Shown here piece after piece: positions 20,770 through 28,341 of a stretch of 64,000 bases of DNA. How positions within the stretch are numbered: position 1 is the first letter of the stretch; every line of letters begins with the position of its first letter. The translations under genes were made by a program, and so were the position numbers. The notes under the pieces were generated by a model. That model ran no database searches. It was not told where the DNA came from and worked only from the letters and a program-made list of their open reading frames with translations. Source of the DNA: Nitrospirota bacterium (lineage in GTDB: Bacteria > Nitrospirota > Thermodesulfovibrionia > Thermodesulfovibrionales > JdFR-88); assembly GCA_021789935.1 (NCBI GenBank), contig JAJYIR010000007.1, positions 11,050 through 75,049 on the forward strand. The letters are read 5' to 3'.

Positions 20770-21318
20770 TTAATAGGAGAGGTGGTCGCTCCTGTTCATA
20801 GCCCAGCACTTCTCATTGTGCTCGGTGCAGAGGGGCTTGTCTTTGCCGTAACTGACGGTTGAAAGCCTGCCAGCCGCCACCCCGAGTGCCATGAGGTAAT
20901 TCTTAGCTGCATTGGCCCTTTTGTCGCCCAGGGCCAGGTTGTATTCCTCCGTGCCGCGTTCGTCGCAGCGGCCCTCGATCAACACCTTCACATTCGGGTT
21001 TTTCAGAAGAAGGTCCGAAAGCTTATGGAGCTTGTCTTTTGCGTCTTTGTCCAGGCTGTACTTGTCAAAATCAAAATGGATATCGCCGATCTTCTTCTCC
21101 GCCGTGGCGAGGGCCGTTGTCTCTTCCTTGGCCTCGTTCTTTTTCGCGTTGATATTTTCCTTGCCCGCGGTATTCAGATTTTTCTCCGCGGTTGCCTTTT
21201 TCACGGTTTTTTGAGGAGCTGCCGCCTGTGACACCTGCTCAGGGTTCTGCTTCACGGCATGCGAGCATCCGGCCGCAATGAACCCAAGCGCCGCTAACAC
21301 TAAAATCGCCTTTTTCAT
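20770..21318 (-). CDS. pal: Peptidoglycan-associated lipoprotein Pal (OmpA-family C-terminal domain)
   Basis: Lipobox IAAGC. IHFDFDKYSL...LIEGRCDERGTEEYNLALGDKRANAAKNYL. Confidence 0.92.
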   Translation of the reverse strand: MKKAILVLAALGFIAAGCSHAVKQNPEQVSQAAAPQKTVKKATAEKNLNTAGKENINAKKNEAKEETTALATAEKKIGDIHFDFDKYSLDKDAKDKLHKLSDLLLKNPNVKVLIEGRCDERGTEEYNLALGDKRANAAKNYLMALGVAAGRLSTVSYGKDKPLCTEHNEKCWAMNRSDHLSY

Positions 21319-21394
21319 TTCGTCTCCTTTTTGTTTTTAACTTTTAATAAAATAACATGCAGCGCAAAAAATAAAAATACCTCTCCGGAAAGGA

Positions 21395-21808
21395 TCAGGG
21401 CAGGGGCGGGGAATGGGTTAGATTGATGGACCATAGGCACCGGCGGATGTTTTTTATGTTCCGGCGCAGGCTTATTTTTTTAATTGTAAAAGACGGCAAG
21501 CGGAAAACCGTGTTGCCCGCCGCGGGGCCGCCTTCAAACGCAGGGGCGTTGAACGTATTGTCTTCCTTATTGGCCTGTTGCGTATGGTGAAGTACTTTGA
21601 CGCCCCGGCTTTTTTTCTTGGTGAGACATCCGCTGAAAAAGAACTCGCAAAAAAATATGTTCGGGCCGTCTTTCAAATATTGCAAGCCGGAAGAAGCGGA
21701 TGCCCTCCCCGCAAATACGGGAGATATGGCATAGGCCATCCACAGGGACACAAATATAAAAATGAGCCTTTTGTTCAGGCCAAGCCTTTTGCCGGGGTGC
21801 GAAATCAT
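21395..21808 (-). CDS. Hypothetical small secreted protein (weak call)
   Basis: This is the only sizeable ORF in a 650-bp gap. A signal-peptide-like segment KRLIFIFVSLWMAYAISPVFA follows ATG 21808. I recognise no family motif. Confidence 0.25.
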   Translation of the reverse strand: MISHPGKRLGLNKRLIFIFVSLWMAYAISPVFAGRASASSGLQYLKDGPNIFFCEFFFSGCLTKKKSRGVKVLHHTQQANKEDNTFNAPAFEGGPAAGNTVFRLPSFTIKKISLRRNIKNIRRCLWSINLTHSPPLP

Positions 21809-21975
21809 TTTTTTTAAAACAGCCATCAGAATATAAAAAAGCTGGTCAGAAGAGTAAAACAAATCGGGCCAGCCCCTGTCAAGGGGCACAAAGGACGGCG
21901 CTCTGCCAGTGGCAGCATTTTCATCCTTAAAGCCGGTACGGCCCCTTATTTTTTATAGCTATTAATACAAATATT

Positions 21976-22314
21976 TTAGTCCGGGGGGCCGTACTCGAAG
22001 ATGTCCATTTCTTCTCCCAGGTTTGGCAGGCCGGCCAGCTTCCAGGCGGTGGCCGGATCGATGAAATTCTCCGTTATGCAGTCCTTAGGCTGACCCACAT
22101 TTTTGCATACGGCGCGAATTATCGGGAAAAACTTGTAGCGGACGTAATAATCCCGCATGAACCTGAGGGCATCGAGCATTCCGGGGGCAAACTCCTTGAT
22201 CCCCTCTTTTCTGGCCAAAGCGGCGGCGACTGCCTCGTTCCAGTCCTCGTAATTTACCAGAAACCCGTCCGCATCCACACTTATTCGCTTACCATCGACA
22301 TCCAGTTCTGGCAT
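21976..22314 (-). CDS. TusE/DsrC-family protein lacking the C-terminal Cys arm
   Basis: MPELDVDGKRISVDADGFLVNYEDWNEAVAAALARKEGI...LDALRFMRDYYVRYKFFPIIRAV is DsrC/TusE-like. RBS AAGGAGGAAA precedes ATG 22314. The protein ends ...LAGLPNLGEEMDIFEYGPPD instead of ...PKPTGCV. Confidence 0.8.
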   Translation of the reverse strand: MPELDVDGKRISVDADGFLVNYEDWNEAVAAALARKEGIKEFAPGMLDALRFMRDYYVRYKFFPIIRAVCKNVGQPKDCITENFIDPATAWKLAGLPNLGEEMDIFEYGPPD

Positions 22315-22482
22315 ATTCGTTTTCCTCCTTGGCCCCCCTTTTTCACTCCTGGTCCATTTTATCACCTTTTGCCGGGAGTGGACATTATTTGCTTTTGGTG
22401 GTATCAGTTTCTTAAAAGCGGCGATTTTCCCGGGAAAACCGGATAAAAAAATCAAAAAATAAAATACCCCATTTCTGACGAT

Positions 22483-23418
22483 ATGCCCAGAAAGAAAATA
22501 GAGAAAGTGCCCGGGTCCGCATCCGCCCGGCTGCAGGGAGCGGACCGGGCCGGGTTCGGGCGGCTCCTTAATTTTATTTTCCGGGTTGCCACCGGGTTCA
22601 GGCGAAACCAGGGCCTCCTTCTTGGAGGGGCCGTTGCTTACTATACCCTGCTTTCCATTGTGCCCATGTCGATCCTGGCCCTTATAGGGTTGTCTCACAT
22701 TGTCGGGAAACAGCAGTTATACCGGACCCTCTCCACATTTCTTGATATGCTTATCCCCGGATACGCTGCCACTCTGACCGGGGAGGTGCGCGTATTTGTG
22801 GCACATGGCAAGGCCGTTAGCCTGGTGGGGCTTATCATAATGCTTTTTTTCAGTTCGGTGGCCTTTACGGTACTTGAAAACGCGATGTCCGTGATCTTCT
22901 TCCACCGCGTGGGGACCAGGCGGCGTCATTTCATGGTCTCGGCGGTCATGCCGTATGTGTACATATTTTTTCTGGGCCTCGGGGTGATAATCGTTTCTTT
23001 CATCGCCGGGGCGATACAGGCGCTGCAAAGCAGGCACCCTGTTGTAATGGCCTGGGGCCTGCGTTTAGGCGGGGTGTATGCGGTAGCGCTTTACGCCCTT
23101 GGCGTTACCGGAGAGATATTCATGCTGACCTCCGTCTATCTGGTTATGCCCGTGGGCAGGATGACGCTTCGCCATGCCGTCATCGGGGGAATAACGGCGA
23201 CGGTCCTATGGGAGGCGACCCGCCGCCTCCTTATCTGGTATTATTCAACCCTTTCCATGGTAAACCTTATATACGGTTCGTTCGCGACTGCGGTGGTGGC
23301 CCTGCTTGGCATAGAGGCGGCCTCGCTGATCCTGCTGCTGGGGGCCCAGGTGATAGCCGAGCTGGAAAGGGAAAAACACGGTACCGCGGAGGGCGCGGGC
23401 CCGGGTTTTGAGACTTGA
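22483..23418 (+). CDS. YihY/BrkB (virulence factor BrkB) family membrane protein
   Basis: GLLLGGAVAYYTLLSIVPMSILAL, multiple TM segments, and C-terminal YGSFATAVVALL. Confidence 0.8.
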   Translation: MPRKKIEKVPGSASARLQGADRAGFGRLLNFIFRVATGFRRNQGLLLGGAVAYYTLLSIVPMSILALIGLSHIVGKQQLYRTLSTFLDMLIPGYAATLTGEVRVFVAHGKAVSLVGLIIMLFFSSVAFTVLENAMSVIFFHRVGTRRRHFMVSAVMPYVYIFFLGLGVIIVSFIAGAIQALQSRHPVVMAWGLRLGGVYAVALYALGVTGEIFMLTSVYLVMPVGRMTLRHAVIGGITATVLWEATRRLLIWYYSTLSMVNLIYGSFATAVVALLGIEAASLILLLGAQVIAELEREKHGTAEGAGPGFET

Positions 23419-23459
23419 AAAAATCGGAAAAATCGAAAGTAAAATCCCCCGGCAGACTG

Positions 23460-24305
23460 TTAAAACATCTTCTCCAGGAGCCCTTCGAGCTGTTCCAGGC
23501 TATAGTACTCTATGTGGAGCATGCCGCCTTTTTTGCCCTTGTGCTTCACACGCACCTTCGTGCCAAGGGATTTTGAGAGCCTGTCTTCCAGGTCCGCGAT
23601 GTTAGGGTCCGCCAGCTGGGGTTTTTTGCCAGCGTTTTTGCCTGCAAGGGAGTGGTTTTTTTCTTTTCCGCCCTTGAGAAGCCGCTCCAGTTCCCGCACG
23701 GAAAGCCCCTCGTCAGCGGCCTTGGCCGCTATCCCGGACTGTTGAGATTGAGAATCAATGCCCAGAATCACCTTGGCATGCCCCATCGAAAGCTTGCCGT
23801 CCGCAACAAGCGTTCGCACCTCCTCGGGCAGTTTGAGCAGACGAAGGTGGTTCGTGATGGTGGTGCGCTCCATTCCCAGCCTTCCCGAGAGGGCCTCGTG
23901 CGTGAGGGAGAACTCCTTCTGCAGTCTTTCAAGCGCCTCGGCCGTCTCGACCGGATTTAAGTCCTCGCGCTGCAGGTTTTCTATTAGAGCTATCTCAAGG
24001 GAGTCCTCCTTGGCAGCCTTTTTAAGTATCGCGGGCACGCGCTTTAAACCGGCCAGCCTCGCGGCGCGAAGCCTCCGCTCCCCTGCGATGAGCCTGAAGT
24101 TCCCATCACCGCTGGCGCATACGATCAGGGGCTGCAGTACCCCTTTTTCCTTTATTGAGGCCGCAAGCTCCTTCAGCCCCTCTTCGGAAAACCTCTTCCT
24201 TGGCTGGTCCGCCCATGCGGCGACCCGCTCTATCTCGATTTCAATGGCCTCCATGCCCGATTTGGGCAGGAGCGCCTCAATTCCCCGTCCGAGTGCAGTT
24301 TTCAT
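23460..24305 (-). CDS. parB: Chromosome partitioning protein ParB/Spo0J
   Basis: LGRGIEALLP, PLIV...FRLIAGERRLRAARLAG, and the helix-turn-helix FSLTHEALSGRLGMERTTITNHLRLL. ATG 24305 overlaps the parA 3' end. Confidence 0.95.
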   Translation of the reverse strand: MKTALGRGIEALLPKSGMEAIEIEIERVAAWADQPRKRFSEEGLKELAASIKEKGVLQPLIVCASGDGNFRLIAGERRLRAARLAGLKRVPAILKKAAKEDSLEIALIENLQREDLNPVETAEALERLQKEFSLTHEALSGRLGMERTTITNHLRLLKLPEEVRTLVADGKLSMGHAKVILGIDSQSQQSGIAAKAADEGLSVRELERLLKGGKEKNHSLAGKNAGKKPQLADPNIADLEDRLSKSLGTKVRVKHKGKKGGMLHIEYYSLEQLEGLLEKMF

Positions 24306-25056
24306 TTCTTGAAAAAAACTCCTTTGCAAGTGCAAGATAGCTCTGAGCCCCTTTTGACCGGGCGTCGTACATGATGGCAGGCTTGCCGTGGCTCGGGGCC
24401 TCGGCCAGGGCGATGTTACGGGGGATGACCGTTGAGTAGACCTTCCCTTTGAAATGCTCCCTCAGGTCTGCCTCAACCTGTCTTGTAAGCGTATTTCTTG
24501 GGTCGTACATGGTTAAAAGCACGCCACCCAGTTCAAGCGAGGGGTTGTAAGACCCGCGGACAAGGGACAACGTGTGGGAGAGCATCCCCAGGCCTTCCAG
24601 CGAATAATATTCGCATTGCACGGGCACAAGTACGGACTGAGCGGCCACCAGGGCATTGAGCGTGAGGAGCCCCAGTGAGGGCGGGCAGTCTATTATGATA
24701 TACCGGAACCGGTTCCTGACCGTGGAGAGGGCATCAGCAAGGATGCGTTGCGCCCCATCGCGTCCCGCAAGCTCTATCTCTGCCCCGAGCAGATCTACTG
24801 TGGAGGATACAACCCATAGCCTGTCATGGGCGGCGGGCTTTATGACCCCTTCCATGCTTTGCCTGCCGGAAAAAACGTCATAAAGGCCGGGAGGCTCTTT
24901 TTGAATCCCCAGCCCGCTGGTCGAATTCCCCTGCGGGTCGGCATCCACAAGAAGGATGTCCGCCCCGGCAAGCGCCATGGAGGCCGCCAGGTTGACGGCG
25001 GTGGTTGTCTTGCCCACTCCGCCTTTCTGGTTCACTATGGCTATGATATTATCCAT
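24277..25056 (-). CDS. parA: Chromosome partitioning ATPase ParA/Soj
   Basis: Deviant Walker A: IAIVNQKGGVGKTTTAVNLA. Confidence 0.95.
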   Translation of the reverse strand: MDNIIAIVNQKGGVGKTTTAVNLAASMALAGADILLVDADPQGNSTSGLGIQKEPPGLYDVFSGRQSMEGVIKPAAHDRLWVVSSTVDLLGAEIELAGRDGAQRILADALSTVRNRFRYIIIDCPPSLGLLTLNALVAAQSVLVPVQCEYYSLEGLGMLSHTLSLVRGSYNPSLELGGVLLTMYDPRNTLTRQVEADLREHFKGKVYSTVIPRNIALAEAPSHGKPAIMYDARSKGAQSYLALAKEFFSRNENCTRTGN

Positions 25057-25262
25057 GATTGTTTTTTTCTCCGCAGGAAACCGGTAAAGTAAAAATATCC
25101 CCCCAAAAAATCGTGGTGCGCTATTTTAGCATGGGGCTGACGAATGAAGATAGACAAACAAAGCAAATGCCGCAAAGCGGCGCGGCGCCCGTCGCTCTGC
25201 TTATTTAGTTAAAGTAAATAAAATTAACACTTTAACCGGTCTTTTTGCTAAAATGTGCCGGT

Positions 25263-25940
25263 ATGAAAAAAATTCTCATCGCCGATGGTCTTGACCCTTT
25301 CATCCGGGAAGAAAAGACCATTCTGGACCGGGATGATTTCGAGATATTCACCGCAAAATCCGGCCTGGACGCCCTTGAAGTCCACCTCGCAAATAAAATG
25401 GACCTTATTCTTGCGGACCTGAACATTCCCGATATGCCCGGGGACGAATTGGCAATGGAGATACGGAAAAAGCCTAGTTTAAAACACGTCTCCATCATAA
25501 TGATAACCAGCCTGAAGAAGGCGGACCTTGAAAGGTGCGTGACCTGCGGGGCCAATGATTACATAACGCGCCCCATAGACTCCAGGAAACTTCTGGAGAA
25601 GGTCGCATGGCTCATAGACGTGCGCGAGAGAAGGGACCTTAGGGTTTTGATAAAGGCGCGGGTGGTTGGCGCTTTCGGCCGGGAGCCTTTCTTCGGCACC
25701 ACTCACAATATAAGTGTTTCGGGCCTGCTGCTTGAGACTGAAAAGATCCTTGCCAGGGGGGATGAGATATCAAGCTCTTTTTTCATACCCGACCTGGAAA
25801 GGATTTCAGCCAGGGGCCTTGTAGTCCGCATTGCCAGGCAGGAGAGGCTGTTCCGTTACGGCATCAGGTTTTTGGACCTTTCGGAGAGGGACAAGGCAAT
25901 AATAGATGAGTACATTTCAAGGTGCGCCGCTACTTCCTGA
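25263..25940 (+). CDS. Response regulator receiver domain fused to PilZ domain
   Basis: REC: KILIADG...DLILADLNIPDMPG...K. PilZ: RERRDLR ... NISVSGLLLE (RxxxR and D/NxSxxG). Confidence 0.82.
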   Translation: MKKILIADGLDPFIREEKTILDRDDFEIFTAKSGLDALEVHLANKMDLILADLNIPDMPGDELAMEIRKKPSLKHVSIIMITSLKKADLERCVTCGANDYITRPIDSRKLLEKVAWLIDVRERRDLRVLIKARVVGAFGREPFFGTTHNISVSGLLLETEKILARGDEISSSFFIPDLERISARGLVVRIARQERLFRYGIRFLDLSERDKAIIDEYISRCAATS

Positions 25941-25955
25941 CCGGCCCTGACGGAT

Positions 25956-25971
25956 TGTTCCACGTGGAACA
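25956..25971. other. parS centromere-like site candidate
   Basis: TGTTCCACGTGGAACA is a perfect 16-bp palindrome, 20 bp when extended (ATTGTTCCACGTGGAACAAT). It is a symmetric variant of the consensus TGTTNCACGTGAAACA and lies 0.9 kb from parA. Confidence 0.7.
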
Positions 25972-25982
25972 ATGGCAATTTT

Positions 25983-26780
25983 TCACCTGTAGACTTCCCG
26001 CAAGATATCAGCCCATATATATATCGCCGATGCGGAAATGACCGCGGCAAGGAGCCATCTCAGGAATTTCGTATTGGCCTTTCTGCCTGCTTTCCCCCCG
26101 AGGTATGCCATTGGGATGGCCCCGGCCAGGAGGGCGGCCGCCAGATCGAACCGGACCTGTCCGGTCGCTATCTTCCCGGTTATCCCTGCGGTCGCCGAAA
26201 AAAGGCCTATGGCGAGCATGCTGCCCAGGGCCACCCTCAACGGGATCTTGAGGACATAAAGCATAATCGGGATTATGATGAATGCGCCGGCCTGCCCAAC
26301 CATGCCCAGCAGGAAGCCTGTTGCGGCCCCGCAAAGGATGGCAAGGGGGGAATTGAAATCCACATGTTCCCCTGAAAGGTCGTCATTTGCGTAGCTGCGG
26401 GGGATGAGCATCATTATGGCGGCGAAGAGGGCCAGAACGCCGTATATCACAAGAAGCGGCCCGTCACTCATCCGCTTTGAAAACAGGGAGCCTGCCAGCG
26501 ACGAGCAAAAGAGGGCAAGCCCCAGTGAAATAACAAGGCCTTTGCTTATAAGCCGCTCTCTCCTGTAAAAAAAAGTGGCCGTGAGCGTCGCAAAAAAACC
26601 CTGGGTCATGGTAAGGCCGGTTATGCCCTTGACCCCCAAGGGCGGGAGTCCGAAAAGGGCCGGCACATAGAGGAGGAGCGGGAACATAATGATCCCGCCC
26701 CCTATGCCCAGCATCCCTGAAAGAAAGCCCCCAAGCCCTCCTGCGGCAATCAAAAAGAGGTAAAGCGAAATGGGCGTCAT
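25983..26780 (-). CDS. TauE/SafE family anion permease
   Basis: A roughly 265-aa polytopic protein with GGxxGxxGxGGG-type repeats (GGLGGFLSGMLGIGGGIIM; GAATGFLLGMVGQAGAFIIIP). Its ATG overlaps the selD stop (ATGA). Confidence 0.8.
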   Translation of the reverse strand: MTPISLYLFLIAAGGLGGFLSGMLGIGGGIIMFPLLLYVPALFGLPPLGVKGITGLTMTQGFFATLTATFFYRRERLISKGLVISLGLALFCSSLAGSLFSKRMSDGPLLVIYGVLALFAAIMMLIPRSYANDDLSGEHVDFNSPLAILCGAATGFLLGMVGQAGAFIIIPIMLYVLKIPLRVALGSMLAIGLFSATAGITGKIATGQVRFDLAAALLAGAIPMAYLGGKAGRKANTKFLRWLLAAVISASAIYIWADILREVYR

Positions 26781-27847
26781 GCCTCTACACTTATCCTGCC
26801 TTCGGCAATAAGCGCCCCTTCGGTAACATCACCAATATGGGCCGCCAGGATGCCTTCCTCCTCAATAAGCCGCGAAAGCCTTTCCAGGTTCTCCCGGGGG
26901 ACAAATATCAGAAGTCCGCCCGATGTCTGGGCGTCGTTAAGCAGTATCTTGTGCACTTCGCTCACATTCCCCGCCCATTTTACGAAAGGTCCATAGTTTT
27001 TGAGATTGGCAATCGTTCCGCCAGGGACCACATTTTGTGCCGTAAGCTTTTCGGCGTCAGTGAAAAAAGGTACGCGTGAAGCAAAAATGTTTGCCTTCAC
27101 GCGGCTTGCCGAAAGCACCTCATTCAGGTGCCCCAGCAGCCCAAAACCCGTGACATCGGTTGCGGTGCTGACCCCCACCTGCACCATTATCTCGCCTGCC
27201 CGCCTGTTAAGCGCGGCCATAGACCTCGTGAACTCCGCTATCGCGTCCTCGCCCACGCGCCCGGCCTTGATGCCGGTAGAGATTATCCCTGTTCCTATGG
27301 GTTTCGTAAGGACTATGGCATCACCCGGACGGGCTTTCGCATTATCAAGGATATTATCCGGGTGGATGAGGCCCATGACCATAAAGCCGAATTTGGGCTC
27401 TTTGTCCTTAATGGTGTGCCCGCCGATTATGGGCACCCCCGCCTCAGCCATCTTGTCTATTCCCCCCTGGATAATCTGTTTCAGGACAGGGAAAAAATCC
27501 GGGTCTTCGGGAAACATGGCCACGTTAAGGCTCACCACGGGTCTTCCGCCCATGGCGTAGACATCCGAAAGCGAGTTTGCGGCAGCTATGGCCCCGAACA
27601 TGTAGGGGTCGTCAACTATCGGGGTAAAGAAATCAACCGTCAGCACGGCCGCCGTGTCGCCGTTAATCCTGTATACGCCGGCGTCATCCGCATTTGAAGA
27701 GCCTACAAGGACATTGGGGTCCATTATAGGCGGCAGCTGCCCCAGCACCTGGGACAGGTCCTTAGGACTGAATTTTGCCGCTCACCCGGAACAGCTTGAC
27801 ATCTCCGTGAGCTTAAAGGTTTTTTCTTTTTTCCCTTTAATATCCAT
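26777..27847 (-). CDS. selD: Selenide, water dikinase (selenophosphate synthetase) with in-frame UGA selenocysteine codon at 27782-27784
   Basis: Track ORFs 26777..27748 and 27782..28027 are in the same frame, separated only by TGA. The joined N-terminus MDIKGKKEKTFKLTEMSSCSG-U-AAKFSPKDL matches E. coli ...SHGAGCGCKISPKVL, with U at Cys17 and K at +3. Downstream: DDAGVY, VDFFTPIVDDPY, SDVYAMGG, TDVTGFGLLGH, DAQTSGGLL. RBS GGGGTGGAG. Confidence 0.88.
27730..27781 (-). other. Candidate bacterial SECIS structure immediately 3' of the selD UGA
   Basis: mRNA: UGA-[GCGGCA]-N20-[GUCCCAG-GUG-CUGGGGC]-AGC-[UGCCGC]. The lower 6-bp helix starts at the first nt after UGA. The upper 7-bp helix has a GUG loop. 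Folded by eye only. Confidence 0.4.
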
Positions 27848-27908
27848 TAGCTCCACCCCTTTCATATTTTTGAGATGATTTCCGGACGTTTTATTTGTTT
27901 TCCGCCAT

Positions 27909-28250
27909 TTATCTTTTTCTTTCTCCGGGATACTTCCCTTTTCTGGTAACAGGACAGCACGCGGGTGCGGGCAGAGGGGAATCGTACTTTTTCTCCAGTA
28001 TTTCAAGCAGGTCTGGAATGAAGGCATCCACGAGGAAGTAACATCTCAGTCGGCCGTCCACGTAGTAGTCGATTATTCCCCTGTTTCGCAGCGCCGCCAG
28101 GTGCTGGGAAACGTTGGGCTGATTGATGCCTAAAAATTCGCTAAAATCGCTCACACATTTTACGCCCTTGGAGAGCTCTCCCAGTATCTTTACCCGGGCA
28201 GGATGGGCCACGGCCTTCAAAAGCTCTACCTTGTCCATTAATTCGTCCAT
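27909..28250 (-). CDS. ArsR/SmtB family transcriptional regulator
   Basis: LKAVAHPARVKILGEL...CVSDFSEFLGINQPNVSQHLAALR (winged helix-turn-helix). The C-terminal tail has a vicinal Cys pair, PAPACCP. Confidence 0.88.
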   Translation of the reverse strand: MDELMDKVELLKAVAHPARVKILGELSKGVKCVSDFSEFLGINQPNVSQHLAALRNRGIIDYYVDGRLRCYFLVDAFIPDLLEILEKKYDSPLPAPACCPVTRKGKYPGERKR

Positions 28251-28341
28251 TCTGCCGGGCCTTCCTTTCCAGAATTATATGCAAACATTAGCATGTTGGA
28301 ATGTATATGTCAAATAAAAAAAGGAAAAGGGAAAAAGCGTT

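Noticed and set aside
21976-22698. Long 240-aa version of the DsrC-like ORF
   Set aside because: The N-terminal 128 residues have no DsrC similarity and overlap the yihY start region on the other strand. The internal ATG 22314 has a strong AAGGAGG RBS and gives a normal 112-aa DsrC-size product.
25057-25262. Replication origin (oriC) in the parA upstream intergenic region
   Set aside because: I could not find a cluster of DnaA boxes (TTATCCACA-like) or an AT-rich unwinding element there, and no dnaA/dnaN is in the window.
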